Source of the DNA: Candidatus Latescibacterota bacterium
GTDB lineage: Bacteria > Latescibacterota > UBA2968 > GCA-2709665
Direction: 5' to 3'
DNA: 64,000 nt
Assembly: GCA_965116875.1 (NCBI GenBank)
Contig: OZ220733.1
Coordinates: forward strand, 2,848,001-2,912,000
Within the stretch, counting starts at the first letter, position 1. Each line of letters opens with the position of its first letter. Below are positions 31,224 to 41,616 of this stretch, in pieces. The position numbers and the translations under genes are program-made. The notes beneath the pieces were generated by a model, which saw only the letters and a list, made by a program, of their open reading frames with translations, ran no database searches and had not been told where the DNA came from.

Positions 31224-32108
31224 ATGGACGACTATGAGCGATATCATTTCGACGTGAACGGATATATTGTTGTCGAGGATATCCTGACAACCGACGAGGT
31301 GGCGGCTCTGAACGAGGCGATCGACCATAACCCGGACCAGGTCCACATCCGGAAGGACGAGATGCTGTTGTCCGGCGCCGCCAAACAGCACGGGGGCAAG
31401 GCCGCGCCTCTTTTGAAGGGTTCCCACGGACGGGGGGATATCATGAATATCCTGAACTGGCCCAAACCCTGGTGCCAGCCCTTCCGGGACCTGTTGACGC
31501 ACCCGCGGACGATGCGTTACATGCTGGAACTGATTGGCGACGGGTTCCGCTACGGAAACGCGAACGGGATCAGCATGACGGCCGGCGCCGAGGGCTTCCT
31601 GTTTCACGGGGGCGGCACGCCGAGGGGTCCGTACTATTACGATTTTCAGGACGGTCGGATGTGGAACGGGCTGATGGCGGTCTGCTATCAGCTTACGGAC
31701 ATCAACCCGGGGGACGGCGGATTCGCGTGCATTCCCGGCAGCCACCGGGCGAACTATCCCTGCCCGAACGACGTGCGGCGGCTGGATGTCCACCCTGAGT
31801 GGTTCAGGCATCTCCCGATGAAGGCGGGATCTGCGCTGATCTTCACCGAGGCGCTCACCCACGGCACGCTCCCCTGGACGGCGTCCCACGAACGCCGAAC
31901 GCTGCTGTATCGATACGGCTCGGGAGACATGGTATTCGGATCAGGGCCGGCGATCCACCCGGACGGGTATGAGTCCTTCAAGGATGAATTGACGCCGCTG
32001 CAGCGCGCATTGATGAACCCCCCCTTCGCCAGCAGACGGCCGAGCCTCGTGCCGCTGATGGAAGAAGAGGAAACGCGCCTGGAAGCCGCATCCGGACGAA
32101 AGGCCTGA
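31224..32108 (+). CDS. Phytanoyl-CoA dioxygenase (PhyH)-family Fe(II)/2OG enzyme
   Basis: FDVNGYIVVEDIL, GGFACIPGSHR, KAGSALIFTEALTHGT, ERR. GGAGG RBS. Confidence 0.85.
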   Translation: MDDYERYHFDVNGYIVVEDILTTDEVAALNEAIDHNPDQVHIRKDEMLLSGAAKQHGGKAAPLLKGSHGRGDIMNILNWPKPWCQPFRDLLTHPRTMRYMLELIGDGFRYGNANGISMTAGAEGFLFHGGGTPRGPYYYDFQDGRMWNGLMAVCYQLTDINPGDGGFACIPGSHRANYPCPNDVRRLDVHPEWFRHLPMKAGSALIFTEALTHGTLPWTASHERRTLLYRYGSGDMVFGSGPAIHPDGYESFKDELTPLQRALMNPPFASRRPSLVPLMEEEETRLEAASGRKA

Positions 32109-32140
32109 GTCGCTCGCCCGGTTTTTGCCGAGAGGTCCAT

Positions 32141-34495
32141 ATGCTCAATTCTTCATACGTGGACGCCGCGCTGGTGGAAATGATCATGCTGGCGATGCCT
32201 CTCGTACTGCCCTGCCTGGGCGCGGTATTCTACCTTTCGAGGGATGGCGACGACTCGGGCCCGGGCGGACGCGAGTCTCCCTGGCGAAGCATCGATCGCG
32301 CGAATGCCGGCGCGGGGCCGGGCGACACCGTGGTCTTTATGCCGGGGAACTACCAGGGCACGATCGCGCCGAAGTCCGATGGGAGACCGGATGCGCCCAT
32401 TCGATTCCGGTCGGAAACGAGGCACGCGGCGGCGCTTGCGGGCGGAGGCGGGAAACGGCCGGCAGTGGATCTGCGGCGGAAACAGGACATCGGCATTGAA
32501 GGCTTCCGGTTTGCACCCGGCGACGGGCGGTGGATGCGTGCCGATGAATGCCACCGCCTTTCCGTAACGGGTTGTTATATGGAGAAAGCAGGCGACGCAA
32601 CGCCGTTCGTGTTGACCGGATGCGAGCATGTCCGGCTCATCGACAACGTGTTCCGCAAGGACCGCGTTGGCGGCAATATGTGCCAGGTCGTCGAATGTAC
32701 GTACGTCGTCATCGAGGGAAACGCGTTCTCGCGGGTCGGGCATTGTCCGCTGCAGATTTCCATGACGAACAATCTGGTGGTACGGTCGAATTGCTTCCAC
32801 AATCCGTGGGGGCGCAACTATGAATTCTGGGCTTCGGGAAGAGTCCTGGTTGAAGGAAATATCGTTACCGAGGCGCTCGACAGCGCGCATTCGGCCGACA
32901 GCCGGGCAAAGAATCTGCTGATCGACGGCATCATCCGCTTCAACCGGGTCTTCGGCAACCGGCATACGCCGCTCAATTCATCGAGTTACGTCCCTGTTAA
33001 TTATCACGTACGGGATCCTTTCCGCTTCGTCAATTCCAGGGTGTACCACAATACGATCGCGGACAATCTCGGATACGGGTGGGAACTTGCCGGGATCAAC
33101 GTAAGCGCGAATGTGTTCGTCAACAATATTTTCTACCGGAATGACACGTACGGGGGCGGCGTCCAGATCGCGAGAGGCGCGGGAATCGCGGGTGACAACC
33201 TGTTTCTGAACAACGTGTTCCGGGGCACGGAGGCCGGACAGCGGGTGGTGCAGTACGGTGACCGGTCCCGCTCGGTGGACGAGGTCAACAGGGACTCGGT
33301 GGTCCGGGGACACTGGCGGGAATTCGAGGACAATCTCGACGTCGATCCCTGCTTTGTGGATCCGGAAAACCGCGATTTCCGCCTGCGCCCCGACAGTCCG
33401 TGCATCGACGCGGGACGTGCGCTGACGCGGACGAGACGTGCCGGGCGGAGTCGGAAGGTCCCTGTCGACGACGGCAGATACTTCTACGACGGGTTCGGGA
33501 TCGAAGGCGAGAAGGGAGACCGGGTCGCCATAGGGAGCGGCGATCGGACCGCCCGCATCCGGAAAATCCTGCTCAACTATTACCAGCCGGACGTGCTCGT
33601 TCTGGACCGGGAGATGGAATGGGACGCCGGCGCGCCGGTTAGTCTTCCGTGGTCGGGAGCGGCGCCGGATATCGGCGCGTACCAGCGTGCATCGGGGGCT
33701 CCGGGGCGTCTGATCGCGAGGGCCGAGCCGGTCAGGGTGGAACCAGGGGATGAAGTCAGATTTCACGTCGAGCCTGCGGAAACGGACGCCGCGGCAGTCC
33801 GGTGGGACTTCGGCGACGGCGACACAATGGAAGCGCGGAAAGCCGTTCACGTGTATGAGGACTGCGGCCACTATCCGTCTCGGGTCAGGGCGAGGAACGC
33901 GGACGGTGACGATGACGTAGACGTGGCGTTTGTCAAGGTGGAGCGGCCCCGTGATCCGCATGCGCCGATGCTTGTGGTCGATTTCGAAGAAGAGACAACG
34001 CTGGATTGGGGGTACCTGTTCAAAATCTACCGTGGAAACCGGCTGACAGGCCACAGTTTCGTTACCGGCGGTATCGGGGGTAGCCGGTGCGTTCGGCTCT
34101 TCGCTGAGGCAGACGGGTCCGACCTGGGGTGCAGTCTCGCTCCCGGGGAATGGGATATCGATACCTACCCCTTAATCAGGTTCGCCTACCGGATACCCGA
34201 GGGGGTTCCGGTGGGACTGTGGCTCCAACCGTTTCCGGCGGAAGCCTACGGGGAGGGGGTTGTGATTGCGGGAGGTACGTCGTCGCGCGATTGCGGTCCA
34301 TACCCGGATACGGACACATGCGCGTTGCTGGATGACGACCAATGGCACATTGCGGAACTGGATGCGCGGACGATTCGCGAACACATCGAGGAAGTCCGTC
34401 AGTTGCGGCGGTTCCGGTTCTATACGCACGGAAACGCAAGAGAAGGACAGCACTTCTGGTTCGACGAGTTCGCGATTCTACCGGCTGAGGGATAG
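32141..34495 (+). CDS. Right-handed beta-helix protein with PKD and CBM-like domains (lyase-like)
   Basis: GDD..PG..SPWRSI..A...GPGDTV (DUF1565-like), Asn-ladder repeats, DFRL..DSPCIDAG, PKD WDFGDG. Start may be 32180. Confidence 0.75.
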   Translation: MLNSSYVDAALVEMIMLAMPLVLPCLGAVFYLSRDGDDSGPGGRESPWRSIDRANAGAGPGDTVVFMPGNYQGTIAPKSDGRPDAPIRFRSETRHAAALAGGGGKRPAVDLRRKQDIGIEGFRFAPGDGRWMRADECHRLSVTGCYMEKAGDATPFVLTGCEHVRLIDNVFRKDRVGGNMCQVVECTYVVIEGNAFSRVGHCPLQISMTNNLVVRSNCFHNPWGRNYEFWASGRVLVEGNIVTEALDSAHSADSRAKNLLIDGIIRFNRVFGNRHTPLNSSSYVPVNYHVRDPFRFVNSRVYHNTIADNLGYGWELAGINVSANVFVNNIFYRNDTYGGGVQIARGAGIAGDNLFLNNVFRGTEAGQRVVQYGDRSRSVDEVNRDSVVRGHWREFEDNLDVDPCFVDPENRDFRLRPDSPCIDAGRALTRTRRAGRSRKVPVDDGRYFYDGFGIEGEKGDRVAIGSGDRTARIRKILLNYYQPDVLVLDREMEWDAGAPVSLPWSGAAPDIGAYQRASGAPGRLIARAEPVRVEPGDEVRFHVEPAETDAAAVRWDFGDGDTMEARKAVHVYEDCGHYPSRVRARNADGDDDVDVAFVKVERPRDPHAPMLVVDFEEETTLDWGYLFKIYRGNRLTGHSFVTGGIGGSRCVRLFAEADGSDLGCSLAPGEWDIDTYPLIRFAYRIPEGVPVGLWLQPFPAEAYGEGVVIAGGTSSRDCGPYPDTDTCALLDDDQWHIAELDARTIREHIEEVRQLRRFRFYTHGNAREGQHFWFDEFAILPAEG

Positions 34496-34527
34496 ACTCC
34501 CCAACCAAAAAGCGGAATAATACGAAT

Positions 34528-36513
34528 ATGGACCCATCCGGGGTGAAATCCCTTTCGGATTCACAGCCTGCGAGAATGAGGGAAGGGATCACCCTCCGCG
34601 CGGTGGTTATCGGTGTGCTGGCCGTCGTCGCGATCAACCTCTGGGTAACCTATGCGGAAACGGTCGTACGCTCCTCCCGTCTCAATCTGAGTTTTTTTCA
34701 GCTGACGCTGCTGAGCATATTCATCGCCCTGGTGGGCGGGGTGAACCCATTGCTCCGGCGGATCCGGCCGCGCGCCGTTCTGTCTCCTTCCGAGCTGTTG
34801 ACGGTGGCGGCGATCGGGATGGTGGGCTCGGTGGTGCCGACGTCCGGGGTCACCGGGTTCCTGGTGGGTGTGATCGGCAGTCCGATCTATTTCGCAACGC
34901 CGGAGAACGGGTGGGCGGAGTACTACCATCCGCATCTTCAGGCGTGGATGGTCCCGTCCGACAGAGACGCGCTGCGGGCGTTTTTCGAGGGCGGCGCAGA
35001 CGGGGCCGACGCCTGGCAGGCGTGGCTGGCGCCGCTGGCGTGGTGGGGCAGCCTGGTCGCCGCGCTCCTTGTAGGTTCTGCCTGCGTTATGGTCATTCTG
35101 CGCAGGCAGTGGGCCGAGAACGAAAAGCTGGTCTACCCCCTTGCCGCCGTGCCCATCGAAATGGCGGAGGGCGCGTCGTCCCGGAGCGCGCTTCCGGATT
35201 TCATGAGGGGCCGGCTCTTCTGGTTCGGCGCCGTTTTCGCGTTCGCGCTGTTCGCCTGGCACGCAACGTCATGGTTCTTTCACGGGATGCCCGGCATCCG
35301 GTTCTTTCCCCACGCGGGCTACTTTCGCTTCACCCGCTATTCCCCGGGCGTCTATATCCAGCCCCTGCAGTTCTACACCATCGGGTTTGCGTATTTCGCC
35401 AACCTGCAGGTCCTGTTCAGCGTCTGGTTCTTTTTCCTTGTGCACGTGGTGGAAGGCGGCATCTTCAACCGCCTGGGGTACCAGATCGAGCGGTCCACCG
35501 ATACGTTCAGCGCGGATCCGCCCACGGAGGCGTGGCAGTGCTTCGGCGCGCTGGCATGCCTGGTCGCCTGGCGGCTGTGGGTCGCCCGCACCCATCTGAG
35601 GGACGTATTCCTCAAGGCGCTGCGGCCGGACCATCCGCTGGACGACGGCCGGGAGGTTCTTTCATACCGGGCATCGGTCCTGGGCCTGCTGCTGAGCGCG
35701 ATTTACGCGCTGTTCTGGCTCCATCGGTCCGGCATGGACGCGATTTCGGCGGCGATGTTCCTGTTTGCCCTCGGCATTATCTATATCGGGCTTGCCCGAG
35801 TGGTGTCCGAGGCCGGAGTGGCGTACGCGCAAGGCACGGTGACGCCGCAGGCTTTCGTGATGGACCTGCGGGGCACCTACGGACTCTCGGGCGCCTGCCT
35901 CACGTCCATCGCGCTCTCCTACGCGCTGATCGACTATATGCGAGGACTCTTCACGCCCGGGCTGGCGCAGGCGGTGCGGCTGGCGGACCGGATCCGGGGA
36001 AACCGGCGCCTCCTGCTGTTCTGCGTAACGGTGGGCGTGTTCGCGGGTCTCGTCTCATCGATCTGGTTCACGTTATACCTGGGCCACACGCACGGCGCGT
36101 ACAACTTCTCCCGGCTGTTCTTCAACGGGAATCCGAAGGCGGTCTTTTCCACCACGCTGGGGCAGATGCGCACGCCGGGGGCGCCCGAGTTGAGCCGGGT
36201 GTTGTTCTTCGGGATCGGCGCGGGCCTGATGGCTGTGCTCACGTTTCTGCGGTACCGCTTTTCCTGGTGGCCGATCCACCCCATCGGACTGGCCGTGGCC
36301 GCCGCGGATAACGTGTACAGCCTGGCGATGCCTGTATTCATGGCTTGGGCCGCGAAGGCGGTCGTCATGCGCGTGGGCGGGGTCGCCCTCTACCGCCGGT
36401 CCAAGCCGCTGTTCCTGGGTCTGCTGGTGGGATACACGGCTGGCGTCGTACTGGCCTTTACCGTCGACGCCCTCTGGTTTCCCGGGCAGGGCCACCAGGT
36501 GCACTGGTGGTAG
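34528..36513 (+). CDS. DUF6785/DUF6784-type polytopic membrane protein (putative transporter) 1
   Basis: Many TM helices. YFATPENGW, LRRQW..NEKLVYPL, WWPIHPIG, WFPGQGH. Confidence 0.75.
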   Translation: MDPSGVKSLSDSQPARMREGITLRAVVIGVLAVVAINLWVTYAETVVRSSRLNLSFFQLTLLSIFIALVGGVNPLLRRIRPRAVLSPSELLTVAAIGMVGSVVPTSGVTGFLVGVIGSPIYFATPENGWAEYYHPHLQAWMVPSDRDALRAFFEGGADGADAWQAWLAPLAWWGSLVAALLVGSACVMVILRRQWAENEKLVYPLAAVPIEMAEGASSRSALPDFMRGRLFWFGAVFAFALFAWHATSWFFHGMPGIRFFPHAGYFRFTRYSPGVYIQPLQFYTIGFAYFANLQVLFSVWFFFLVHVVEGGIFNRLGYQIERSTDTFSADPPTEAWQCFGALACLVAWRLWVARTHLRDVFLKALRPDHPLDDGREVLSYRASVLGLLLSAIYALFWLHRSGMDAISAAMFLFALGIIYIGLARVVSEAGVAYAQGTVTPQAFVMDLRGTYGLSGACLTSIALSYALIDYMRGLFTPGLAQAVRLADRIRGNRRLLLFCVTVGVFAGLVSSIWFTLYLGHTHGAYNFSRLFFNGNPKAVFSTTLGQMRTPGAPELSRVLFFGIGAGLMAVLTFLRYRFSWWPIHPIGLAVAAADNVYSLAMPVFMAWAAKAVVMRVGGVALYRRSKPLFLGLLVGYTAGVVLAFTVDALWFPGQGHQVHWW

Positions 36514-36632
36514 CCGGCAGCGTTTGCGAGGCCCCCGCCGATTGAACCTGCCGATCTTCCGTTTCCGGCGCATGCGGAAGGATTTGCCACGCGCCGGGAT
36601 CTCTCGTCTGAAGCCCATTCGAAGTCATACCC

Positions 36633-38603
36633 ATGGAATCGTCGCCGATACACGACGCGGAGCCCCTGACCGGAACCCCGAGGGATACGAGAAGCGGAGT
36701 CACGCCGAGGTCCGTCGGAATCGGTCTGCTGATGGTGGTCTTCGTCAACTTCTGGATCCTCTACTCTCTGTACCTGATCCGGGCGTCGTGGCTGCAGGTG
36801 ACCCATTTTCCCATGGGGCTGTTCGTGCCCTTTATGCTCCTGGCGTTGTTCGTCAATCCCGTACTCAAGGCGCTCGGGCGCGGCAGGGGCCTGTCCCGGT
36901 CGGAGATTCTGGTGGTGGCCGCGATGGGGTTGACCGGTGCGATGGTCCCCGGCTTCAGTCTGATGACCACGCTGTTGGGAACCATCTCGGTCCCGTATTA
37001 CCTGGCCACCCCGGAAAACCAGTGGAGCGCTTTCTTTCATCTCCACATGCCGGACTGGATCGCGCCGCAGAACCGGGGCGGAACGATGCGGATGCTGTTC
37101 GAAGGCCTCCCTTCGAGGGATGCCCCGATTCCACTGGGCGCCTGGGCCGGACCGCTGAGCTGGTGGATGGCCCTCGTGGGCGCCTTCGCCTTCGCTTCGA
37201 TGTGCCTGATGGTGGTCCTGCGCCGGCAGTGGGTGGAATACGAGCGCCTGGTGTACCCGCTCGCGCAGGTGGCCGCCGACATGGCCGGCGATGTACGGGA
37301 CGGAGGCTCGTTTCCGGGGTTCACGCGGACCCGTGCGTTCAAGTTCGGATTCGGGGCGGCCACCCTGGTGATGACCTGGAACATGATGTCGCATTTCGCG
37401 CCGGGGTTTCCCGAGATTCCTCTCGGCATCCCGTCGCGATGGACCACGTTCTTCAAGGGGTTTCCACCGCTCCACACCACCATCAATTTCTATACGATCG
37501 GCTTCGCGTATCTGGCCAATCTGGACGTCCTCTTCAGCATCTGGTTCTTCCACTTCATGGCGATGTGGGAGGTCTTTGCCTTCGGGCGCCTGGGCGTCGG
37601 CGGGATCTCCGGCGGGGCGGCCGTGTCGTGGCAGAGTATCGGCGCGCTGTGTACACTGGTGGTGTGGGGGCTGTGGACCGCCCGGAAGCACCTGCGCCAG
37701 GTCCTCAGAGGGGCGCTCCATCCGTCCGGCGACGACGCCGAGGAGATCCTGTCCTACCGGACGGCCGTTTCCGGCGCGGCGTTGAGTCTGGTCTTCATCG
37801 TTGCGTGGTTTTATAATACTGGCATGGGTCTGCTTCTCTCTTCCGTGCTGGTCCTGCTCTTTTTCATTACCTATTTAGGCATTGCGCGGGTGGTGGCGCA
37901 GTCCGGCCTGCTGTACGTCAGCTCGCCCATGTTCCCGCAGACCGCGATCCTGCGCACCGTCGGCCCGGCCGCGATCCCCGGGCGCGCGATGACCGCGCTG
38001 GCATTCTCCTTCGCCCTGCGCAACGACGGCCGCGGGCTGTTCATGCCGGCGCTCGCGCACGTGGCGAAAATCGGCGACCTGATCGGGGGAAACCGGCGGC
38101 GGCTGGGCCTTGCCGTCGCGCTGGGCCTGGTCGGGGCCGTGGCGACGTCGGTCGGTCTGACGCTCTACTGGGGGTATACGATCGGCGCGTACAATTTCGG
38201 GAGCATTGCGCTTTTGCGGCGCACGGTGCCTACCTTCAATTCATTCGTGAGCATGATGTCCAGCCCGGACCCTGTGAAACCCGAGGTCTTCGGGTACTTC
38301 GGCGCCGGCTGCGCCGCGATGCTTGCGCTCACGTTTCTGCGTTACCGCGTTCCCTGGTGGCCGCTGCACCCGCTGGGCCTGGCCGTTACCTGGTCGGGAA
38401 TGACGGTGCATTCGGTACTCTCGGTATTTCTCGCGTGGTCGGTGAAGGCTATCGTACTGAAGGCGGGCGGCGTTTTTCTTTATCGGCGTTCCATTCCCTT
38501 TTTCCTGGGTTTGATGGTCGGGTATGCGCTGAACGTAGGGGTTTCGTTCGTGCTGGACATCACCTGGTTCGGAGGTGAGGGGCACGGGGTTCATGCCTAT
38601 TGA
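36633..38603 (+). CDS. DUF6785/DUF6784-type polytopic membrane protein 2
   Basis: Paralog of the previous gene: YLATPENQW, LRRQWVEYERLVYPL, WWPLHPLG. Confidence 0.75.
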   Translation: MESSPIHDAEPLTGTPRDTRSGVTPRSVGIGLLMVVFVNFWILYSLYLIRASWLQVTHFPMGLFVPFMLLALFVNPVLKALGRGRGLSRSEILVVAAMGLTGAMVPGFSLMTTLLGTISVPYYLATPENQWSAFFHLHMPDWIAPQNRGGTMRMLFEGLPSRDAPIPLGAWAGPLSWWMALVGAFAFASMCLMVVLRRQWVEYERLVYPLAQVAADMAGDVRDGGSFPGFTRTRAFKFGFGAATLVMTWNMMSHFAPGFPEIPLGIPSRWTTFFKGFPPLHTTINFYTIGFAYLANLDVLFSIWFFHFMAMWEVFAFGRLGVGGISGGAAVSWQSIGALCTLVVWGLWTARKHLRQVLRGALHPSGDDAEEILSYRTAVSGAALSLVFIVAWFYNTGMGLLLSSVLVLLFFITYLGIARVVAQSGLLYVSSPMFPQTAILRTVGPAAIPGRAMTALAFSFALRNDGRGLFMPALAHVAKIGDLIGGNRRRLGLAVALGLVGAVATSVGLTLYWGYTIGAYNFGSIALLRRTVPTFNSFVSMMSSPDPVKPEVFGYFGAGCAAMLALTFLRYRVPWWPLHPLGLAVTWSGMTVHSVLSVFLAWSVKAIVLKAGGVFLYRRSIPFFLGLMVGYALNVGVSFVLDITWFGGEGHGVHAY

Positions 38604-38622
38604 AGGACGGGAGAAACCTGAA

Positions 38623-39876
38623 ATGAAGATGAGTCGATGGCTATCCGCAGGCTTGTTCTTCCTCTCCGCGCTTACGGCCTGCGGCGGGACCGATGATGGA
38701 TCGCCCGGCGGGAAGGTGACGCTCAGAATCGTATGGATGGGCCCGGAACGGGAAGCATTCCGTGCGTGGAAGAAGGGATTCGAAGCGGAACATCCGGATG
38801 TGAGGATCGAACAGAGGTTCATCCCGTACGATCAGGGTCCGACGGTCTACAATACCATGATTCAGGGGGGCACGCTGCCGGATCTCGGGTATCTGTTCAT
38901 GGGGATGATTTCGGAGTACGCGGAGCGGGGGGTGCTGGAGCCGCTGGACGACTACATGACGGCTGACGAACGCAACGCGTGGATTCCCACGGCGCTGAGC
39001 GCTGGCGAGTACAGGGGAAAGACGTACGGGGTACCGCTGTGGGGCGCGAACCGGGTTCTCTACGCACGCACGGACTGGATGGAAGCGGCGGGGGTGAGTG
39101 CGCCGCCCGAAACCTGGGAAGCGGTCCGGGACCTGGCAATCAAGTTGAACAAGCCGCCCGATCGCTACGGGATCTGTGTGGGAGCGGGAAGGCCGAAACA
39201 CCTGATGCAGGAGCAGATCGCCATGATGTGGGGCTTTGGCGCCGATTTCTTCGACGGCGACGGCAGGCTGGCCATCAACAGCCCCGAGGCGGTGGCGTAC
39301 GTGACGTTTCTCACGGATATGCACCTTGTGGACAGGGCCATGCCGCCGGGCATCCTGAATCTGAACGCGGATGATTGCTATGCGGTTATGGATGCGGGAA
39401 AGGCGGGTCTCACGTTCAGCGGTCCGTGGCAGTACGGGCGGTGCCGGGACGCAGGAGTCGTGTGCGAGCCGCTGATGACGCCGGCGGGACGGGACCGGAA
39501 GATGCTGCTGATTCTGGATATTTTCTCTGTGTTTTCCACGTCGAAGCAGAAAGACCTGGCGTATGACTTCATCCGCTTTACGCAGCGGCCGGAAAACCGC
39601 GAGTTGATGGACGTGGAGAACGGGGGCGTGCCCGTGACCGTGACGGTGTCGGAGCACGCGTATTACAGGACCGTGCCGATCCGCAATTACCTGGCGCAGG
39701 CGGACCTGACCAGGCTCACTCCGAAGCACCCGGAATGGACGAAGATCCAGGATGGATGGGGAGAGGCGATTCAGATGGTGCTGGCGGGTACGGCGTCTCC
39801 GCGGGAGGCGCTGGATACGGTTTATGCGCGTCTGATGAGAGAATTGGAAGACCCCGCGCTACCTCGCGAGGACTAA
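38623..39876 (+). CDS. Sugar ABC transporter substrate-binding lipoprotein
   Basis: Signal peptide with lipobox LTAC. GKTYGVP, PPETWE motifs. Confidence 0.88.
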   Translation: MKMSRWLSAGLFFLSALTACGGTDDGSPGGKVTLRIVWMGPEREAFRAWKKGFEAEHPDVRIEQRFIPYDQGPTVYNTMIQGGTLPDLGYLFMGMISEYAERGVLEPLDDYMTADERNAWIPTALSAGEYRGKTYGVPLWGANRVLYARTDWMEAAGVSAPPETWEAVRDLAIKLNKPPDRYGICVGAGRPKHLMQEQIAMMWGFGADFFDGDGRLAINSPEAVAYVTFLTDMHLVDRAMPPGILNLNADDCYAVMDAGKAGLTFSGPWQYGRCRDAGVVCEPLMTPAGRDRKMLLILDIFSVFSTSKQKDLAYDFIRFTQRPENRELMDVENGGVPVTVTVSEHAYYRTVPIRNYLAQADLTRLTPKHPEWTKIQDGWGEAIQMVLAGTASPREALDTVYARLMRELEDPALPRED

Positions 39877-39884
39877 GAAGCTAT

Positions 39885-40751
39885 ATGGAGCGGGAAAAAC
39901 GACGGCTGGCCTACCTCTACGTCGCCCCCGCGGCGGTGTGGTTGTTTCTATTTATGGGATATCCCATTCTGGACGTGATGGAGACCAGTCTCTACCATAC
40001 GTCCTACAGGGGAGAGACGTTTGCCGGGTTTGGGAATTACCTCGGACTCTTGGAGGACGATCTGTTTCTGCTGGTGCTGAGGAACACGGCGCTGTGGACG
40101 TCACTGGCGGTCGCGATGAACGTGGGATTGGGGCTGGGTGTGGCGCTGCTGTTGAGCCGCGAGTCGGTGTTGAGCGAATGGGTCCGGGGCATGCTGATCC
40201 TGGCGTGGGCAATGCCGCTGGTGGTGGCGGCGATCACCTGGAAGTGGATGTACAACGGCGAATACGGGCACCTGAATTCGCTACTGCTGGGCCTGCATCT
40301 CATCGATACGCCGGTTCAGTGGCTGACGGACGCTTCAACGGCCTTTGCCGGGGCGCTGGTGGCCCGGTTGTGGACGGCACTGCCGTTTACCACGTTCGCA
40401 TTCCTGTCGGCGCTGCAGTCCATCCCCGTCGATCTGTACGAGGCTTCCAGGATTGACGGAGCTACGAAATTCCGCCAATTCCGCCATATCACCCTGCCAC
40501 TCCTGCGTCCGGTTACGCTCGCGGTCCTGCTGGTCAGCGTGATCTGGTCCTTCAACAGCTTTGTCTTCATCTACGTGATCACGGCCGGCGGCCCGGCAAA
40601 CCAGACCCAGATTATGGTCACTGAAATCTACCGGCGCGCGTTCGGCTATTTCAACTTCGGGCAGGCCGGCGCCCTGACCGTTCTGGCGTTCTTCCTGCTG
40701 CTTGGGATCAGTCTTCTTCAGTGGCGGGTGTTCTACAGGCGGGAGGTTTAG
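39885..40751 (+). CDS. Carbohydrate ABC transporter permease (MalF/UgpA-like)
   Basis: EAA loop LYEASRIDGA...FRHITLPLL. Confidence 0.9.
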   Translation: MEREKRRLAYLYVAPAAVWLFLFMGYPILDVMETSLYHTSYRGETFAGFGNYLGLLEDDLFLLVLRNTALWTSLAVAMNVGLGLGVALLLSRESVLSEWVRGMLILAWAMPLVVAAITWKWMYNGEYGHLNSLLLGLHLIDTPVQWLTDASTAFAGALVARLWTALPFTTFAFLSALQSIPVDLYEASRIDGATKFRQFRHITLPLLRPVTLAVLLVSVIWSFNSFVFIYVITAGGPANQTQIMVTEIYRRAFGYFNFGQAGALTVLAFFLLLGISLLQWRVFYRREV

Positions 40752-40753
40752 CG

Positions 40754-41590
40754 ATGAAACCGTCCCGAGTACGACCGGCCGAGGGTTTGCGGGCGCTGCT
40801 GATCGCGGGTGTCGCCGCTTTCGCGCTGTTCCCGTTTCTGGTTGTTGCGGGGACCTCACTGAAGACGTTGGGCGAAGTGTTCCAATCGCCGGCGACGCTG
40901 GTGCCCAGGCTGTTTGCGTGGCAGAATTACGTGGATGTCTTCGTCCGGATTCCAATGGCGCGCCATCTGGCGAACAGTCTGATTATCGCCACGGCAACCA
41001 CGATTTTGAACATTGCCGTGGCGACTCCGGCGGCCTACGCGATGGCGCGCATCAGGTTCCGCGGGCGCGGGGTGTTCGGTCTGGGCATCCTCGTGATGCA
41101 GATGTTTTCCCCGGTGATCGTCCTGATTCCCCTGTTCAAGGTGATGAAGGCGCTCCATCTTCTGGATACGTACGGCGGCCTGATTCTGGTGAATACCGCC
41201 GTTACCCTGCCGTTTTCGATCTGGATACTGGCGGGGTTTTTCAGGGGCATTCCGGAAGAACTGGAAGATGCCGCGATGATCGACGGCCTTTCCCGGACGG
41301 GCATGCTGTTCAGGGTCGCCCTGCCGCTGACCGGGCCCGGGCTGGCGACGACCGCGATCTTCGCGTTCGTGACCGCCTGGAACGAGTTCATCTTCGCGCT
41401 GGTGCTGGTCTCCCGGCGGGAGATGCAGCCGATCACGATGGCGCTCTATTCGTGGGAAAAGAACAACGTCGTGGAATGGAACCTGCTGATGGCGACCGCG
41501 GTGGTGGCGACGGTTCCCACCGTGCTGCTGTTTCTGCTGGTCAGGAAGCGGCTGACCGCGGGCTTGATGTCGGGAGCGGTAAAGTCCTGA
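40754..41590 (+). CDS. Carbohydrate ABC transporter permease (MalG/UgpE-like)
   Basis: IPEELEDAAMIDG, AWNEF, C-terminal GAVK. Confidence 0.9.
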   Translation: MKPSRVRPAEGLRALLIAGVAAFALFPFLVVAGTSLKTLGEVFQSPATLVPRLFAWQNYVDVFVRIPMARHLANSLIIATATTILNIAVATPAAYAMARIRFRGRGVFGLGILVMQMFSPVIVLIPLFKVMKALHLLDTYGGLILVNTAVTLPFSIWILAGFFRGIPEELEDAAMIDGLSRTGMLFRVALPLTGPGLATTAIFAFVTAWNEFIFALVLVSRREMQPITMALYSWEKNNVVEWNLLMATAVVATVPTVLLFLLVRKRLTAGLMSGAVKS

Positions 41591-41616
41591 GCGCGTTCAG
41601 GCCCCGCATCCGTTCG

